Shown here in pieces: positions 1-9,586 of a stretch of 64,000 bases of DNA. Position 1 is the stretch's first letter. Every line of letters begins with the position of its first letter. Source of the DNA: Bryobacterales bacterium (lineage in GTDB: Bacteria; Acidobacteriota; Terriglobia; Bryobacterales; Bryobacteraceae). Where the stretch lies: contig CAVTJS010000003.1 in NCBI GenBank assembly GCA_963735145.1, forward strand, positions 2,739,194-2,803,193, written 5' to 3'. The notes under the pieces were generated by a model. That model saw nothing but the letters and a program-made list of their open reading frames with translations, had not been told where the DNA came from and ran no database searches. Both the position numbers and the translations under genes were made by a program.

Positions 1-139
1 CCCCCGCGCTGAAAAAACGCAGTGGCACCTTCACGTTTCCGTCCTGCGCCTGTAATCGGATCGGTTCTCGCGCCAGCGTGTAGAGCAGTGTTCCGCCCAG
101 CGCGGCCGCGGGGATGGTCAGGAATTCTCGTCGTTTCAT
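1..139 (-). CDS. N-terminal part of a gluconate 2-dehydrogenase subunit 3-like small subunit (gene continues beyond window start)
   Basis: Absent from the ORF track because it is open at the window edge. Minus-strand ATG at 139-137, 8 nt after the stop of the GMC flavoprotein gene (148-150). Own translation: MKRREFLTIPAAALGGTLLYTLAREPIRLQAQDGNVKVPLRFFSAG. The RREFL twin-arginine signal and the position next to a GMC flavoprotein fit this family. Confidence 0.5.
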   Translation of the reverse strand, partial: MKRREFLTIPAAALGGTLLYTLAREPIRLQAQDGNVKVPLRFFSAG

Positions 140-147
140 GCCGCCAC

Positions 148-1899
148 TCATGCCAGCCTCCCGGGATTTTTCAGGTATTTTCCGATCATCGCGTCCGCCG
201 CCCAGTAGGTGGTGGCCAGCACCGTCAACGTTGGATTCCCCGACGCAGTTTGGGGGAACGACGACGCGCCAATCACCCACAGATTCGGAACGTCCCAGTG
301 CTGCAGATAGGGATTCACCACGCTCCACTCAGGCGACGTGCCCATCACCGCGCCTCCTTGAATGTGCGTGCTTTGATAATTGATCACGTTGTACCTGGCC
401 CGCGACGGGCGCGTGGAATCCACCTTCGCCCCCATCACCGGCGCGATCTTCGCCGCAAGCTCGTACGCAAAATCGCGCTGCTTGTGCTCGTGCTCGGTCC
501 AATCCAGCGTGAAGCGCAGCAATGGATCGCCGAACTTGTCGGTGTAAGTGGGGTCCAGATCCATATAGTTCTGGCGATACGACATGTGTTCCCCGTACAT
601 GTTCAATTGGGTCACACGGTCGTGCCATTGGAGCGAGGCGGCCTTCCACTCCGCGCCCCAATTGGATTTCGACGCGCCCGGAGGCAGAGCGCCAAAAGCG
701 CCGATGGGCAGATCGCCATTGCCGTTGAAGCTCAGCATTCCGTACCGCAGCGGTCCGTTGTCGCCGGTGAGGCCTTGGTCGCCGTCGAAGTCCGAAATGC
801 GCCGCCCGAGCGATCCCGCGCCCATAAATAAGTTCATAGGCTTGTCGAAAAAAATGCGTATCCCGCCCTCCACCTGATGCGTGAGGTTGCGGCCCAGCGT
901 TCCTTTGTCCGAAGCTGGATCGTAAGGCGTGCCGATCTTGGAAAGATAGAGCAACCGCGAATTATTCAATGTGAAGGAAGCGAGAACCACGGTTTCGGCG
1001 GGTTGGAAAAACTCGTCGCCATTCGCCGCGGTAAACTGTACTCCCGTGGCTCGCCCGTTTTCATGCACGATACGGCGCACCCAGCTTCCGGTTCGCAGTT
1101 CAAAGCTCTTGTGCTTGTGCAGCACCGGGAGCAGCGTGTTGCTGGGCTGCGCCTTCGCGCCGATCATGCAGCCGAAGCGCGAGCAATACGAGCAATAAGC
1201 GCAAGCCACGCGCGAGACGCCGTCTGGATTGGTGTAGTTCTCGCTCAGATTAGCGGCGGGCGTCGGATAAGGATGATAGCCCAGCTTGCGGGTGGCTTCT
1301 TCAAAGAGGTGAGACGCGTAAGTATTCTTGAGCGGCGGCGTAGGATATTCATGCATACGCGGCGACTCGAAAATGTTTCCGCCGTCGATCAGCTTGCCGC
1401 GCAGATTCCCGGCCTTGCCGCTCACGCCCATCATCTGCTCGGCGTACCAATAGTGCGGCTCCAGTTGATCGTATGTCACGCCCCAGTCCCGCACCGCAAG
1501 ATCGGCGGGCAGACGCGCCGCGCCGTGCTTTTCGGTCAAGTGCGTTCGCAGAGTGAAGACATCGGGCAGAAATCGAAAGCACATGCCGGTCCAATGCTCG
1601 CCCGCGCCGCCTACGCCGGTTCCGGGATGGAAGGAGCCGTACTGGCGGACGGGAACGGCCGTTTCATTCGCCGAGTGCCGGTGCGTGACGGTCTCTTCGG
1701 CGATGTTCTGCATCATGCGCAGGCGGATGTTGTAGTCCAGCTCGTCCATGTCCATGGCGTAGTCGGGGGTGCTTCGCGGACCTCCGCGTTCCAGCGCCAG
1801 CACGCTCACTGACGTACGGCTGACGAGCTCCTTCGCCATGGCGAGGCCGGTCCAGCCGCCGCCGATGATGACGACGTCTACGGGTTTGAGGTTGGTCAT
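148..1899 (-). CDS. GMC-family FAD oxidoreductase (flavoprotein subunit of a gluconate/sugar dehydrogenase-like enzyme)
   Basis: 583-aa ORF. N-terminal FAD Rossmann motif DVVIIGGGWTGLAMAKE. Length and C-terminal ..GASSFPQTASGNPTLT.. region are typical of GMC oxidoreductases. Confidence 0.9.
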   Translation of the reverse strand: MTNLKPVDVVIIGGGWTGLAMAKELVSRTSVSVLALERGGPRSTPDYAMDMDELDYNIRLRMMQNIAEETVTHRHSANETAVPVRQYGSFHPGTGVGGAGEHWTGMCFRFLPDVFTLRTHLTEKHGAARLPADLAVRDWGVTYDQLEPHYWYAEQMMGVSGKAGNLRGKLIDGGNIFESPRMHEYPTPPLKNTYASHLFEEATRKLGYHPYPTPAANLSENYTNPDGVSRVACAYCSYCSRFGCMIGAKAQPSNTLLPVLHKHKSFELRTGSWVRRIVHENGRATGVQFTAANGDEFFQPAETVVLASFTLNNSRLLYLSKIGTPYDPASDKGTLGRNLTHQVEGGIRIFFDKPMNLFMGAGSLGRRISDFDGDQGLTGDNGPLRYGMLSFNGNGDLPIGAFGALPPGASKSNWGAEWKAASLQWHDRVTQLNMYGEHMSYRQNYMDLDPTYTDKFGDPLLRFTLDWTEHEHKQRDFAYELAAKIAPVMGAKVDSTRPSRARYNVINYQSTHIQGGAVMGTSPEWSVVNPYLQHWDVPNLWVIGASSFPQTASGNPTLTVLATTYWAADAMIGKYLKNPGRLA

Positions 1900-1996
1900 A
1901 GTGGAATCGGGGCTTCGTTATTGAGGCTATTGCTATCGGAGGCGCTCGTCAAGCTGGGCGCCTGTGGCTAGTGGTTGGTGGCTGGTTGTCGGTAGC

Positions 1997-4705
1997 TTAC
2001 TCGTGGCGGAGCGCGATCATCGGATCCACTCGCGTGGCTCGTCTGGCGGGCAGATAGCCGGCCAAAGCAGCAACACCTGCCGTTACCAAGCTAGCGAGCA
2101 GCAGAGTGATCGGATCGCCCGGCTTCAGTCCATACAGCTCGCTTGCAATCAACCGGGACGTCACCAGCGCCGCGGGGATGCCGATGGCGAGTCCGACGCC
2201 GACCAGGAACATCGTTTCGCGCAGAACCATCCGAGCGATCTTGGCTGGTTGCGCGCCCAACGCCATTCGAAGGCCGATCTCGTTGGTCCTGCGATTCACG
2301 GCGTAAGCCATCAGGCCGTACAGACCGATCGCGGCCACCAGCAGCGCAAGCGCGCCGAATGCGCTGGATAGGGACGCCACCAGGCGCTCATCCACCAAAG
2401 AGTCGTCCAGTTGATCGTCGAGCGTCTTGACGCCATAGACGGGAAGGCGAGGATCGATGGCCTTCACCGCGTTCGTCACCGCCGTGGCCGCGCTGGCTGG
2501 ATTGATCGCGGTGCGAATTTCAAACGCGACGAAGGCCTCGGGATACTGGAACATCGAAATGTAAACCATCGGCAGGGAGCGTTCGCGAAGATCGTGATAT
2601 TTGGCGTCCTGGACCACGGCGATGATTTCGAGCCAGTCTGGATCGCCGCGGTAGCCGGGCATGCTGATGCGCCGGCCGATGGGATTCGCGTCGCCGAAAT
2701 AGAAACGAGCCATGGTTTGATTAATGGCAACTACTTTCACGGCGCCCGCGCGATCTGCGGGCGTAAAATCGCGCCCCAGCAAGATCGGAGTCTCAATGGT
2801 CTGGAAGTAGCGCGGACCGGCCGGGTTCACGCCCACCGGCGCCAGTTCCGAACGGGCCTCGATCCTTTGGCCCTCCACTCGAATCTCGGAAGTGGCGACG
2901 CTTGGATCGAGCGGGCTGTGTACAGACAGAGTTGCGGATCGGACGCCGGGAATGGCCTGGAAGCGATTCAAGAGGCGTTCGTACAGCGGGACTATTTGCT
3001 GGTCCGAATAACCGACCATTGTCGGGTTCAGGGAGAGCAACAGCACGTTGTCTTTGTTGAAGCCGGGATAGAAGTCTTTCAGGTTGGCAATGCTGCGCGT
3101 GAGCAGACCGGCGCCAATCGCGAGTACCAGCGAAACCGCCACCTGCACGATCACCAGAGCTTTGCCAAGACGCGAGCGCGCGGCCGCCCGAGAGCTGCGT
3201 GCCGATTGAAGCCCGAGCGGCGTGGAATCCAGCCGTGCCGCGCGCCACGCGGGAACCAGCCCGAACAGGAGCGCGGTGAGCACCGAGACGGCGAGAGTAA
3301 ATGCCAGCACGGTGCCATCGGGGCTCACCTTTAGAGAGATGGGAGAGCCGGAAGGCGCCATCAAAGGCAGAAGCGACTTGCCGGCCCAGAAGGCGATCGC
3401 CAGGCCGAGGGCGCCGCCGGCTAGTGCGACCAAAACACTTTCAGCGATCAACTGCCGAATCAAGCGGCTTCTTCCGGCTCCGATGGCGAGGCGAACCGCG
3501 ATTTCCCTCTGGCGCGCGTTTCCACGAGCCAGCAGCAGATTGGCGATGTTCGCACAGGTGACCAGCAGCAGGAGAACCACCACCGCCATCACGATGACGA
3601 GCGGTTTGGAGAATCGCTCGCGAAGCGTGGCCAGGCCATGTCCGCCCGCGTTCAATTGAAGCCGGGTGGAGCGGAAGGCCTCCTTGACGGGCGGCGTAGC
3701 CATTGGACCAGTGAGAGCATCGGCGGCCACCTGCATCTCTCGAGTGAAAATCGGTGACAAATAGGCGCTGGCCTGTTCGGTGCTGACGCCGGGTTTCCGC
3801 CGGCCCATGACGCGCAGCCAATTGCGGACCCCGGAAGTCATGATGTCAAAAGGACTGCCGGTGGCCGCAAAACCGGGCATCAGCTGCGCGATGGTAGGCA
3901 GGGGGACCGAGACATCGATGCGCGCGCCCGGCTCCAGGCCGAAGAACTCGGGAGCGGTGACGCCGACGATGGTGAACGGGGAATTGTTTAGCAGGACCTT
4001 CATCCCGACCACCTCGGGATCGAGCGCGAAGCGCTGCCGCCAATAGTCGTAGCCGATGACGGCCACCGGGCTGCGCGCGTTCTCATCGTCCAGTGTCAAC
4101 GTTCGTCCAAGAACCGGCCTCACGCCCAGTACCGAAAAATAGTCCCCGGAGACAATCTGACCGTTGGCGAGTCCGCCGTGTCCGTTCACTTCGAAATCGA
4201 GGATGTAGAGTTTGCGATATGCGACCGCTCCAGAAAGGACCGGGGAGACGGCGCGGAATTCCTGGAAGGCGGGATAACTGAAGGCCTCGTTGATTCCAGT
4301 GACCGGGCCGAAATTCTGGAACTCGACGAGTTGGTCGGGATTTTGGACCGGAAGCATCTTCAGCAAGGCGGCATTGATCAAGCTAAAGATGGCGCTGTTG
4401 GCGCCAATGCCCAGCGCGAGCGATGCCACCACGACCATGGTGAAGGCCGGACTTTTGCGGAGCGCGCGCAAGCTGTAGCGCACATCCTGCCACAGGCTTT
4501 CGAAAAATTCGATGCTGTTCATGTGATAGATCTCCTCGCGAATCAGAGTCGAATTCCCGAGCTTTCGGCGCGCCGCGTCCCGTGCTTGTTCGGGCGGCAT
4601 GCCGCGGGCCACGTTTTCCCAAGTTTCGATTTCGAGATAGTCCTCGAGTTCACGGTGGCGCTCGCTATCCCAGTATTCCCGGCGGAGCAATCTGGTCCAG
4701 CGCAT
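1997..4705 (-). CDS. ADOP-family duplicated MacB/FtsX-type ABC permease (orphan, no ATPase adjacent)
   Basis: 902-aa ORF. It has the characteristic permease-prefix N-terminus (MRWTRLLRREYWDSERHRELEDYLEIE..ARRKLGNSTLIREE) followed by two MacB_PCD/FtsX halves. Confidence 0.9.
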   Translation of the reverse strand: MRWTRLLRREYWDSERHRELEDYLEIETWENVARGMPPEQARDAARRKLGNSTLIREEIYHMNSIEFFESLWQDVRYSLRALRKSPAFTMVVVASLALGIGANSAIFSLINAALLKMLPVQNPDQLVEFQNFGPVTGINEAFSYPAFQEFRAVSPVLSGAVAYRKLYILDFEVNGHGGLANGQIVSGDYFSVLGVRPVLGRTLTLDDENARSPVAVIGYDYWRQRFALDPEVVGMKVLLNNSPFTIVGVTAPEFFGLEPGARIDVSVPLPTIAQLMPGFAATGSPFDIMTSGVRNWLRVMGRRKPGVSTEQASAYLSPIFTREMQVAADALTGPMATPPVKEAFRSTRLQLNAGGHGLATLRERFSKPLVIVMAVVVLLLLVTCANIANLLLARGNARQREIAVRLAIGAGRSRLIRQLIAESVLVALAGGALGLAIAFWAGKSLLPLMAPSGSPISLKVSPDGTVLAFTLAVSVLTALLFGLVPAWRAARLDSTPLGLQSARSSRAAARSRLGKALVIVQVAVSLVLAIGAGLLTRSIANLKDFYPGFNKDNVLLLSLNPTMVGYSDQQIVPLYERLLNRFQAIPGVRSATLSVHSPLDPSVATSEIRVEGQRIEARSELAPVGVNPAGPRYFQTIETPILLGRDFTPADRAGAVKVVAINQTMARFYFGDANPIGRRISMPGYRGDPDWLEIIAVVQDAKYHDLRERSLPMVYISMFQYPEAFVAFEIRTAINPASAATAVTNAVKAIDPRLPVYGVKTLDDQLDDSLVDERLVASLSSAFGALALLVAAIGLYGLMAYAVNRRTNEIGLRMALGAQPAKIARMVLRETMFLVGVGLAIGIPAALVTSRLIASELYGLKPGDPITLLLASLVTAGVAALAGYLPARRATRVDPMIALRHE

Positions 4706-4820
4706 GTCGATCTCCAGTATCCCATAGACGCCCTAGCGGAGAAAGAGCTAGTAAACAGCTTCAATCAAGGCTGCTTGGAATCACCTCCATAGACTGTCTA
4801 CTTGAAGAACCGGGCGGATA

Positions 4821-5609
4821 TCAATGGGATGCGACGAGTTCCAGACCGCTCTCCTGAATGGCGCGGGCGACGGCCGGCGACGCAAGGAATTGGATGAGCG
4901 CTCGCGCGGCGTCCGGATTCTTGGCGCCCATCGCAACGCCCGCGGAAAATACGGTGACTTTCTGAACCGCCGGCGGCAGCGGTCCTACATAGTCGATGCC
5001 CGGCACCGGAAGCAGTTCGCTGATCTGTTGAAATCCGATCTCGGCATCTCCCCGCGCCACCACGGCGCCAACCGGCTCGCCCGCGATCCTTTTGCACTTG
5101 CCTTTAATCTGATCCGCGATGCCCAGTCGCTGAAACATTTCACTTGAGAGATAAACGCCGCTGGCCGAGTCCGAATACGCGATCGATTTCGCGTTTAGAA
5201 GCGCGCGTTTCAGCGCGTCCACCGAGCCGATGTCGGGCTTGGTTGCTCCCGCGCGCACCGCCATGCCAATGCTGGATCGAGCCAGGTCGACCGAACTGCC
5301 AGGCAAAACCTTTCGTTGCTGGATCAGTTGGTCCAACGCAGGGCGAGCCAGAATGACAACGTCCACCGGTTCACCCCGCGCGAGGCGGCTTGGGATGGAA
5401 TCCTGCGCGCCGCCCATGGAGGCGCCGAAAGCAGTAACGATTTTGATATGCCTGGTGCGTTCAAACTCCGGAGTGACCTTTAGATAAGCCGCAGTGAAGG
5501 CGCCGGAGGTCAAAACTCTGATTTCGTCCGCGCGAGCCGAGCTTGTGAAACAGGTGAAAGAAAAGATGCACGCGACGAATAACGCCAGCCTTCTCGAAAC
5601 TGGAAACAT
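4821..5609 (-). CDS. periplasmic substrate-binding protein (ModA/PBP2-like), orphan
   Basis: 262-aa ORF with a signal peptide (LALFVACIFSFTCFTSSARA) and type-2 periplasmic-binding-fold features (VVILARPALDQL, AYSDSASGVY, GFQQISELLPVPGIDYVGPLP). No permease or ATPase partner is adjacent. Confidence 0.65.
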   Translation of the reverse strand: MFPVSRRLALFVACIFSFTCFTSSARADEIRVLTSGAFTAAYLKVTPEFERTRHIKIVTAFGASMGGAQDSIPSRLARGEPVDVVILARPALDQLIQQRKVLPGSSVDLARSSIGMAVRAGATKPDIGSVDALKRALLNAKSIAYSDSASGVYLSSEMFQRLGIADQIKGKCKRIAGEPVGAVVARGDAEIGFQQISELLPVPGIDYVGPLPPAVQKVTVFSAGVAMGAKNPDAARALIQFLASPAVARAIQESGLELVASH

Positions 5610-5644
5610 CCTTCAGAGTATAGTGGACCTCTGAGGAGGTTGAC

Positions 5645-7027
5645 ATGAGATGGATTTCCTTTATAGTTGGGATCTGCGGAATTGTGTTTCCGCCGTTGAA
5701 CGCTCAACCTGTGGCCGAGGCAAATAACGTCACGCTGGTGGGCCACAACGATCTTAACGGCCATGGGGACGGAGGCGAAGGCCTCGCGATCCAGCAGTGG
5801 CCCGATGGCCGCCGCGTTCTCTACCTGGCCCACGAAGGACAGAAGACCTGCGTCAGCATCGTGGATGTTACGCATCCGGAAAATCCCGTCCTCATCAATC
5901 AACTCCCGTCGCCTGCGCCCGGCATCACGCGCTGCAATTCCCTGGGTCTTTCGGGCAACGTGCTGGTGATCGCCAATCAAGCGCTCAAGAAAGGCCAGAA
6001 GACAGCGGGCCTGTGGGTATTGGATGTTTCCAATTTCGAGCGCCTCCGGAATGCGAAGCGCCTGGAGGATCTGGAACTCTCCTTCTTCGATACGTCGGGG
6101 CCGAACTCGCGCGGCGCGCATTGCGTGTGGTTTGTCGACGGCGAGTTCGCACACCTGACCACCGGCGCCGCCGATTTCGATCCCACCAATCCGAACGACG
6201 ATCAGTTTTACATGATTGTGGATCTGCGCGATCCGCGACGCCCGCGCGAAGTGGGACGCTGGTGGTACCCGGGAACCCGTAAAGGCGACGCCTGCCTTCC
6301 CGAGTGTTTACCGCCGCGCCATCCGAAATTCGACGACGGCTACCGGCCGCATCAAACCGAAGTTTGGCCGGATCACCCGGATCGCGCGTACGTCGCCTAT
6401 ATCGACGGTGGCGCGTTCATCCTGGATATTTCCGGACTGGCCGGCGTGAAGGCGGGCCGAACGGAAAGCTTTACTCCGAAGGTCGTGGGACATACGCAGT
6501 TTTCTCCGCCCTACCCGGCATGGACGCACACCTTTCAACCGATTTTCAGCCGCGGCATGGCGCTGGTTTCGGACGAGGACACGCAGGACAACTGCAAGGA
6601 TGCGCCGAAACTCGTATGGCTGCTCGACATTCGCGCCGAAACGAATCCGATGGTCATCGGCACCGCGCCGCTGCACCCGAGCGATGGCGAGTTGTGTACG
6701 CGCGGCGGCCGGTTTGGCGCGCACAATCTCCACCCCAATTTTCCCAGCGCAACTTCCGCGAATCTGAAGAACACAACAGTCGCCAGTTGGTTTAACGGCG
6801 GCGTCAGAATTTTCCACATCGCCGATGGACCCAAAGGCATTCCAAACGCGCCTCCGCATCTGGAAGAGATCGGCTTTTACATTCCAGCCGCGCCCGCCAA
6901 AAACCCGACCGCCACCAGCCAGATGAACCACGCCATCGTCGACGAAAATGGATTGATTTATGCCAATGACCGGTTCACCGGAGGACTCTACATTCTCCGT
7001 TATACCGGCGTGGTTCCACTAGACTGA
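5645..7027 (+). CDS. secreted LVIVD-repeat beta-propeller protein
   Basis: 460-aa ORF with an N-terminal signal peptide and repeated LVIVD-type strands followed by D..P (CVSIVDVTHPENP, GLWVLDVSNFE, FYMIVDLRDPRRP, AFILDISG). Function unknown. Confidence 0.6.
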   Translation: MRWISFIVGICGIVFPPLNAQPVAEANNVTLVGHNDLNGHGDGGEGLAIQQWPDGRRVLYLAHEGQKTCVSIVDVTHPENPVLINQLPSPAPGITRCNSLGLSGNVLVIANQALKKGQKTAGLWVLDVSNFERLRNAKRLEDLELSFFDTSGPNSRGAHCVWFVDGEFAHLTTGAADFDPTNPNDDQFYMIVDLRDPRRPREVGRWWYPGTRKGDACLPECLPPRHPKFDDGYRPHQTEVWPDHPDRAYVAYIDGGAFILDISGLAGVKAGRTESFTPKVVGHTQFSPPYPAWTHTFQPIFSRGMALVSDEDTQDNCKDAPKLVWLLDIRAETNPMVIGTAPLHPSDGELCTRGGRFGAHNLHPNFPSATSANLKNTTVASWFNGGVRIFHIADGPKGIPNAPPHLEEIGFYIPAAPAKNPTATSQMNHAIVDENGLIYANDRFTGGLYILRYTGVVPLD

Positions 7028-7167
7028 GTGGGTCCATCACTACTAGTACGCGAACGGCGGGCCTGGTACGAAAAAAGCGGCGCAATCGAAGCTCAGCGGT
7101 TTATACTGACCGTGGCAAGTGTGCTTCGATGTGTAAAGCGGCGGTTACCGTTGATTGAGTTGCTGTA

Positions 7168-7341
7168 GTGGGGAGATCTGCTGCGGTGGACTATCAGTTG
7201 GTTCATTGCCCGAAATGCCAATGGTTCTGCGCGTGTCCTTCCAGGCGTCGAACCGGCCTGGACTTGCTTGTAGCGCTCTTTTTCCTGCGTCCGTTTCGCT
7301 GCCGGTCATGCCACAAACGGCACTATCGCTTCTCGATCTGA
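7168..7341 (+). CDS. possible small zinc-ribbon protein (about 57 aa, GTG start; alternative GTG at 7186)
   Basis: Own translation: VGRSAAVDYQLVHCPKCQWFCACPSRRRTGLDLLVALFFLRPFRCRSCHKRHYRFSI*. Two CxxC pairs flank a short hydrophobic stretch. It is below the ORF-track length cut-off and has no convincing RBS. Confidence 0.3.
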   Translation: MGRSAAVDYQLVHCPKCQWFCACPSRRRTGLDLLVALFFLRPFRCRSCHKRHYRFSI

Positions 7342-7779
7342 TTACGATTGGTTCCCGTTAGGTGGACGACCACTCCATGCAATAGGAAAACTCGCGGTAT
7401 TCGGCTGTGGATTTGCCGGACTCGACAATATGGTCCACCCCGGAACACAAATCCCGTATAAGAGAGGAAGGAAGGCTCTTATTGCTGAGTTCCGGATCTT
7501 GCCCCGGCGCCCATGTTCCCGTGGCCACCACGCTCCAGTCCGATCCGCCGCGCATCACAGCTTTGACGACAATCTGTAGCACAAGTGACCTTTTGGGGCG
7601 GGCCTGCGGAGTTTTCCACGACCACCGCATTAGGCTTTTTCTTTCCATGTCTATAAGGTACAGTGCTAGCGGAATCCGGTCGAGGCACGCTAGTACTGGA
7701 CAGTACCTCGTACGGCGTAGCTGAGTGGTAGCGCCGGCTTAACCCCACCGGCGATCTGTGTCGTAAGTTATTGATTTTA

Positions 7780-7857
7780 TGGAGCTGGCGGAGGGGCTTG
7801 AACCCGCGACCCTCTGATTACAAAGTATAGGGAGGGGGCGTCCATGCTATCCACTCC
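7780..7857 (-). ncRNA. non-canonical tRNA/tmRNA-like element (tRNA-like-domain only)
   Basis: The minus strand reads GGAGTGGATAGCATGGACGCCCCCTCCCTATACTTTGTAATCAGAGGGTCGCGGGTTCAAGCCCCTCCGCCAGCTCCA. The 3' end GCGGGTTCAAGCCCCTCCGCCAGCTCCA resembles, from memory, the E. coli ssrA 3' end apart from a 3-nt insertion. GGAGTGG can pair with CAGCTCC at 6 of 7 positions. CCCTC/GAGGG closes a 17-nt loop. There is no canonical D or anticodon arm, and CCA is not encoded. Confidence 0.3.
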
Positions 7858-8056
7858 TTGCTTGTTTTCAATTACTTGCAAAATAGCGGTCGTCCACCTG
7901 ATGGCTCCCCTTGCTGCGCTTAAGTTTGTTAGCCGCGAACTTCAATTCTTGAATTTAGGACCGGCGACTTTAACGGTAGCGTTGGCGCCCCTTCGACGTG
8001 AACCGCGATCGATACCTCCATAAGTTCGATTCTGTTTGCAACTAACAACCTTCGGC

Positions 8057-9512
8057 TCAATCCGCGGACGTTCGCGCGTGTTGGGCCTGTTCGGCATTCT
8101 TCTCCAGCTGTTGGGGCACGGCCATGAACAAAGCCTTCAGGCCTTCCGTCATCGTCGGGTGAGCAAACATGGCGTCTCGCAAAATTGTGTAGGGCACGCC
8201 CGCCAGCATTGCGAGTTGAACCGTACCCATGAGTTCGCCGGCCTCAGGCCCAAAGGCCGTGAAACCGAGAATGCGGTCACTGTTTGCGTCGATCAGCGTC
8301 TTCATGAACCCGCGTTTCTCGGAAATGGTCCAGGCCCGCCAGGCGGCGTCGAAAGGCACGGACGCCATCCGGTAGGCAACGCCTCTTTCCCGCGCTTGTG
8401 ACTCGTTCAGGCCAACACGCGCTAGCTCCGGATCAATGAAAGACGCAGTACGGAACCAGCCGGTCCCGAGTGCTGCGGTGGCCTCCGTTCAGGTTTTCGT
8501 GAATAATGGCAAAGTCGTCCTCGGATACGTGCGTGAAGTATGGGCTCCCCGCGCAGTCTCCCATCGCCCACACGTTCGCGGCGGTTGTTTCCAGGCGATC
8601 GTTTACGCGGATGTGCCCCTTTTCGGTAACCTCGATTCCAGCCTTATCGAGTCCGATACCGCTTGTGTTGGGCGTACGTCCAGTAGCCGCCAGAATATCG
8701 GTTCCCTCCAAAGTTTGTATATTGGGGGTCCGCGTACCGTTCCCACTTTGGAGCTGAAGACTTACGTGCTCGCTGGAAAGACCGCGGACATCGACCACGT
8801 GCGTATCTAACAGTACGTCGATGCCTTCCTCCCGGAACAACTGCAGAATCGCCTGCGAAACCTCGGCATCTTCATTGGTGACAAGTTGCGAGCTGCGTTC
8901 GATCAGGGTTACGCGGCTTCCCAGTCTGCGCAGAGCCTGGCTCAGTTCAAGGCCGACGTAGCCGCCTCCCAAGACGATCAAGTGGTCGGGACGCCGCTGC
9001 AGGTCCAGCGCCTCGACATGGGTCAAGGGCTTGGCTTCGCGCAAACCGGGCGTGTCGGGTATTGTTGCGCGGCTTCCGAGGTTTACGAACACGCGGTCCG
9101 CGGTGAGTGTACGTTCGCCGCCTTCGCGCAATGCGACGTGAACGGTGCGAGGTGCGACGAATGTGCCGTCGCCGAAGATGAGTTCATCTCCAGCCGCGTG
9201 GTATTTGTCCAGATGAACCTGGATAATACCGTCGACCATTTCGCGTTTGCGCGCGTAGACTCCCGCCATGTCGATGGTGATCGGTCCGGTCTCGATGCCG
9301 AATTCACGCTGCCGCGCCACGAGCGAGGCGACCTTCGCCGAATAAATGACATTCTTGCTCGGCAGGCACGCCACGTTGGGACACGATCCGCCGATATACT
9401 TGCGATCGACGACGGCGGTTCGCCTTCCTTCTTTGGCCATCGTCCAGGCCGCCAATTTGCCGGCTGTGCCGCCGCCCAGCACGAGGACATCGTATTTTTC
9501 GGGTGCATTCAT
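8057..9512 (-). pseudogene. FAD-dependent pyridine nucleotide-disulfide oxidoreductase (dihydrolipoamide dehydrogenase/mercuric reductase-like), frameshifted
   Basis: ORF pieces 8433-9512 and 8057-8368 belong to one gene. Motifs: YDVLVLGGGTAGKLAA (FAD), GGSCPNVACLPSK (redox-active CxxxxC), LIVLGGGYVGLE (NAD), and a C-terminal dimerisation domain. Shifting frame at about 8436-8442 restores ..PYCVF/IDPELARVGLNESQARERGVAYRMASVPF.. This is a 1-nt indel, either real or an assembly error. Confidence 0.75.
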
Positions 9513-9586
9513 GGGGGCATCTCCTTTAGGTGGTCGATTTACGCAGCGAAGAACTGGTTGATGACAGCTGCCGTGTCATCCGGTCC

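Noticed and set aside
22-1812. Long plus-strand ORFs (22-831, 877-1812) opposite the GMC oxidoreductase gene
   Set aside because: They are Arg/Pro/Gly-rich shadow ORFs, typical of the antisense strand in GC-rich DNA. The minus-strand gene has clear family motifs.
7715-7770. Plus-strand tRNA suggested by GTAGCTGAGTGGTAGCGC (D-arm-like) and a CTTAACC loop
   Set aside because: The putative anticodon hairpin has a 10-nt loop, and no T-arm or acceptor pairing can be built. More likely it is the hairpin downstream of the minus-strand tRNA-like element.
7781-8056. A full-length one-piece tmRNA (ssrA) on the minus strand
   Set aside because: Only about 275 nt are available before the next gene. No GGGGCTG-type 5' acceptor strand is present there. 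No tag reading frame ends in the usual hydrophobic ..AA, and the candidate third base pair is A-U rather than G:U. Only the tRNA-like 3' part is supported.
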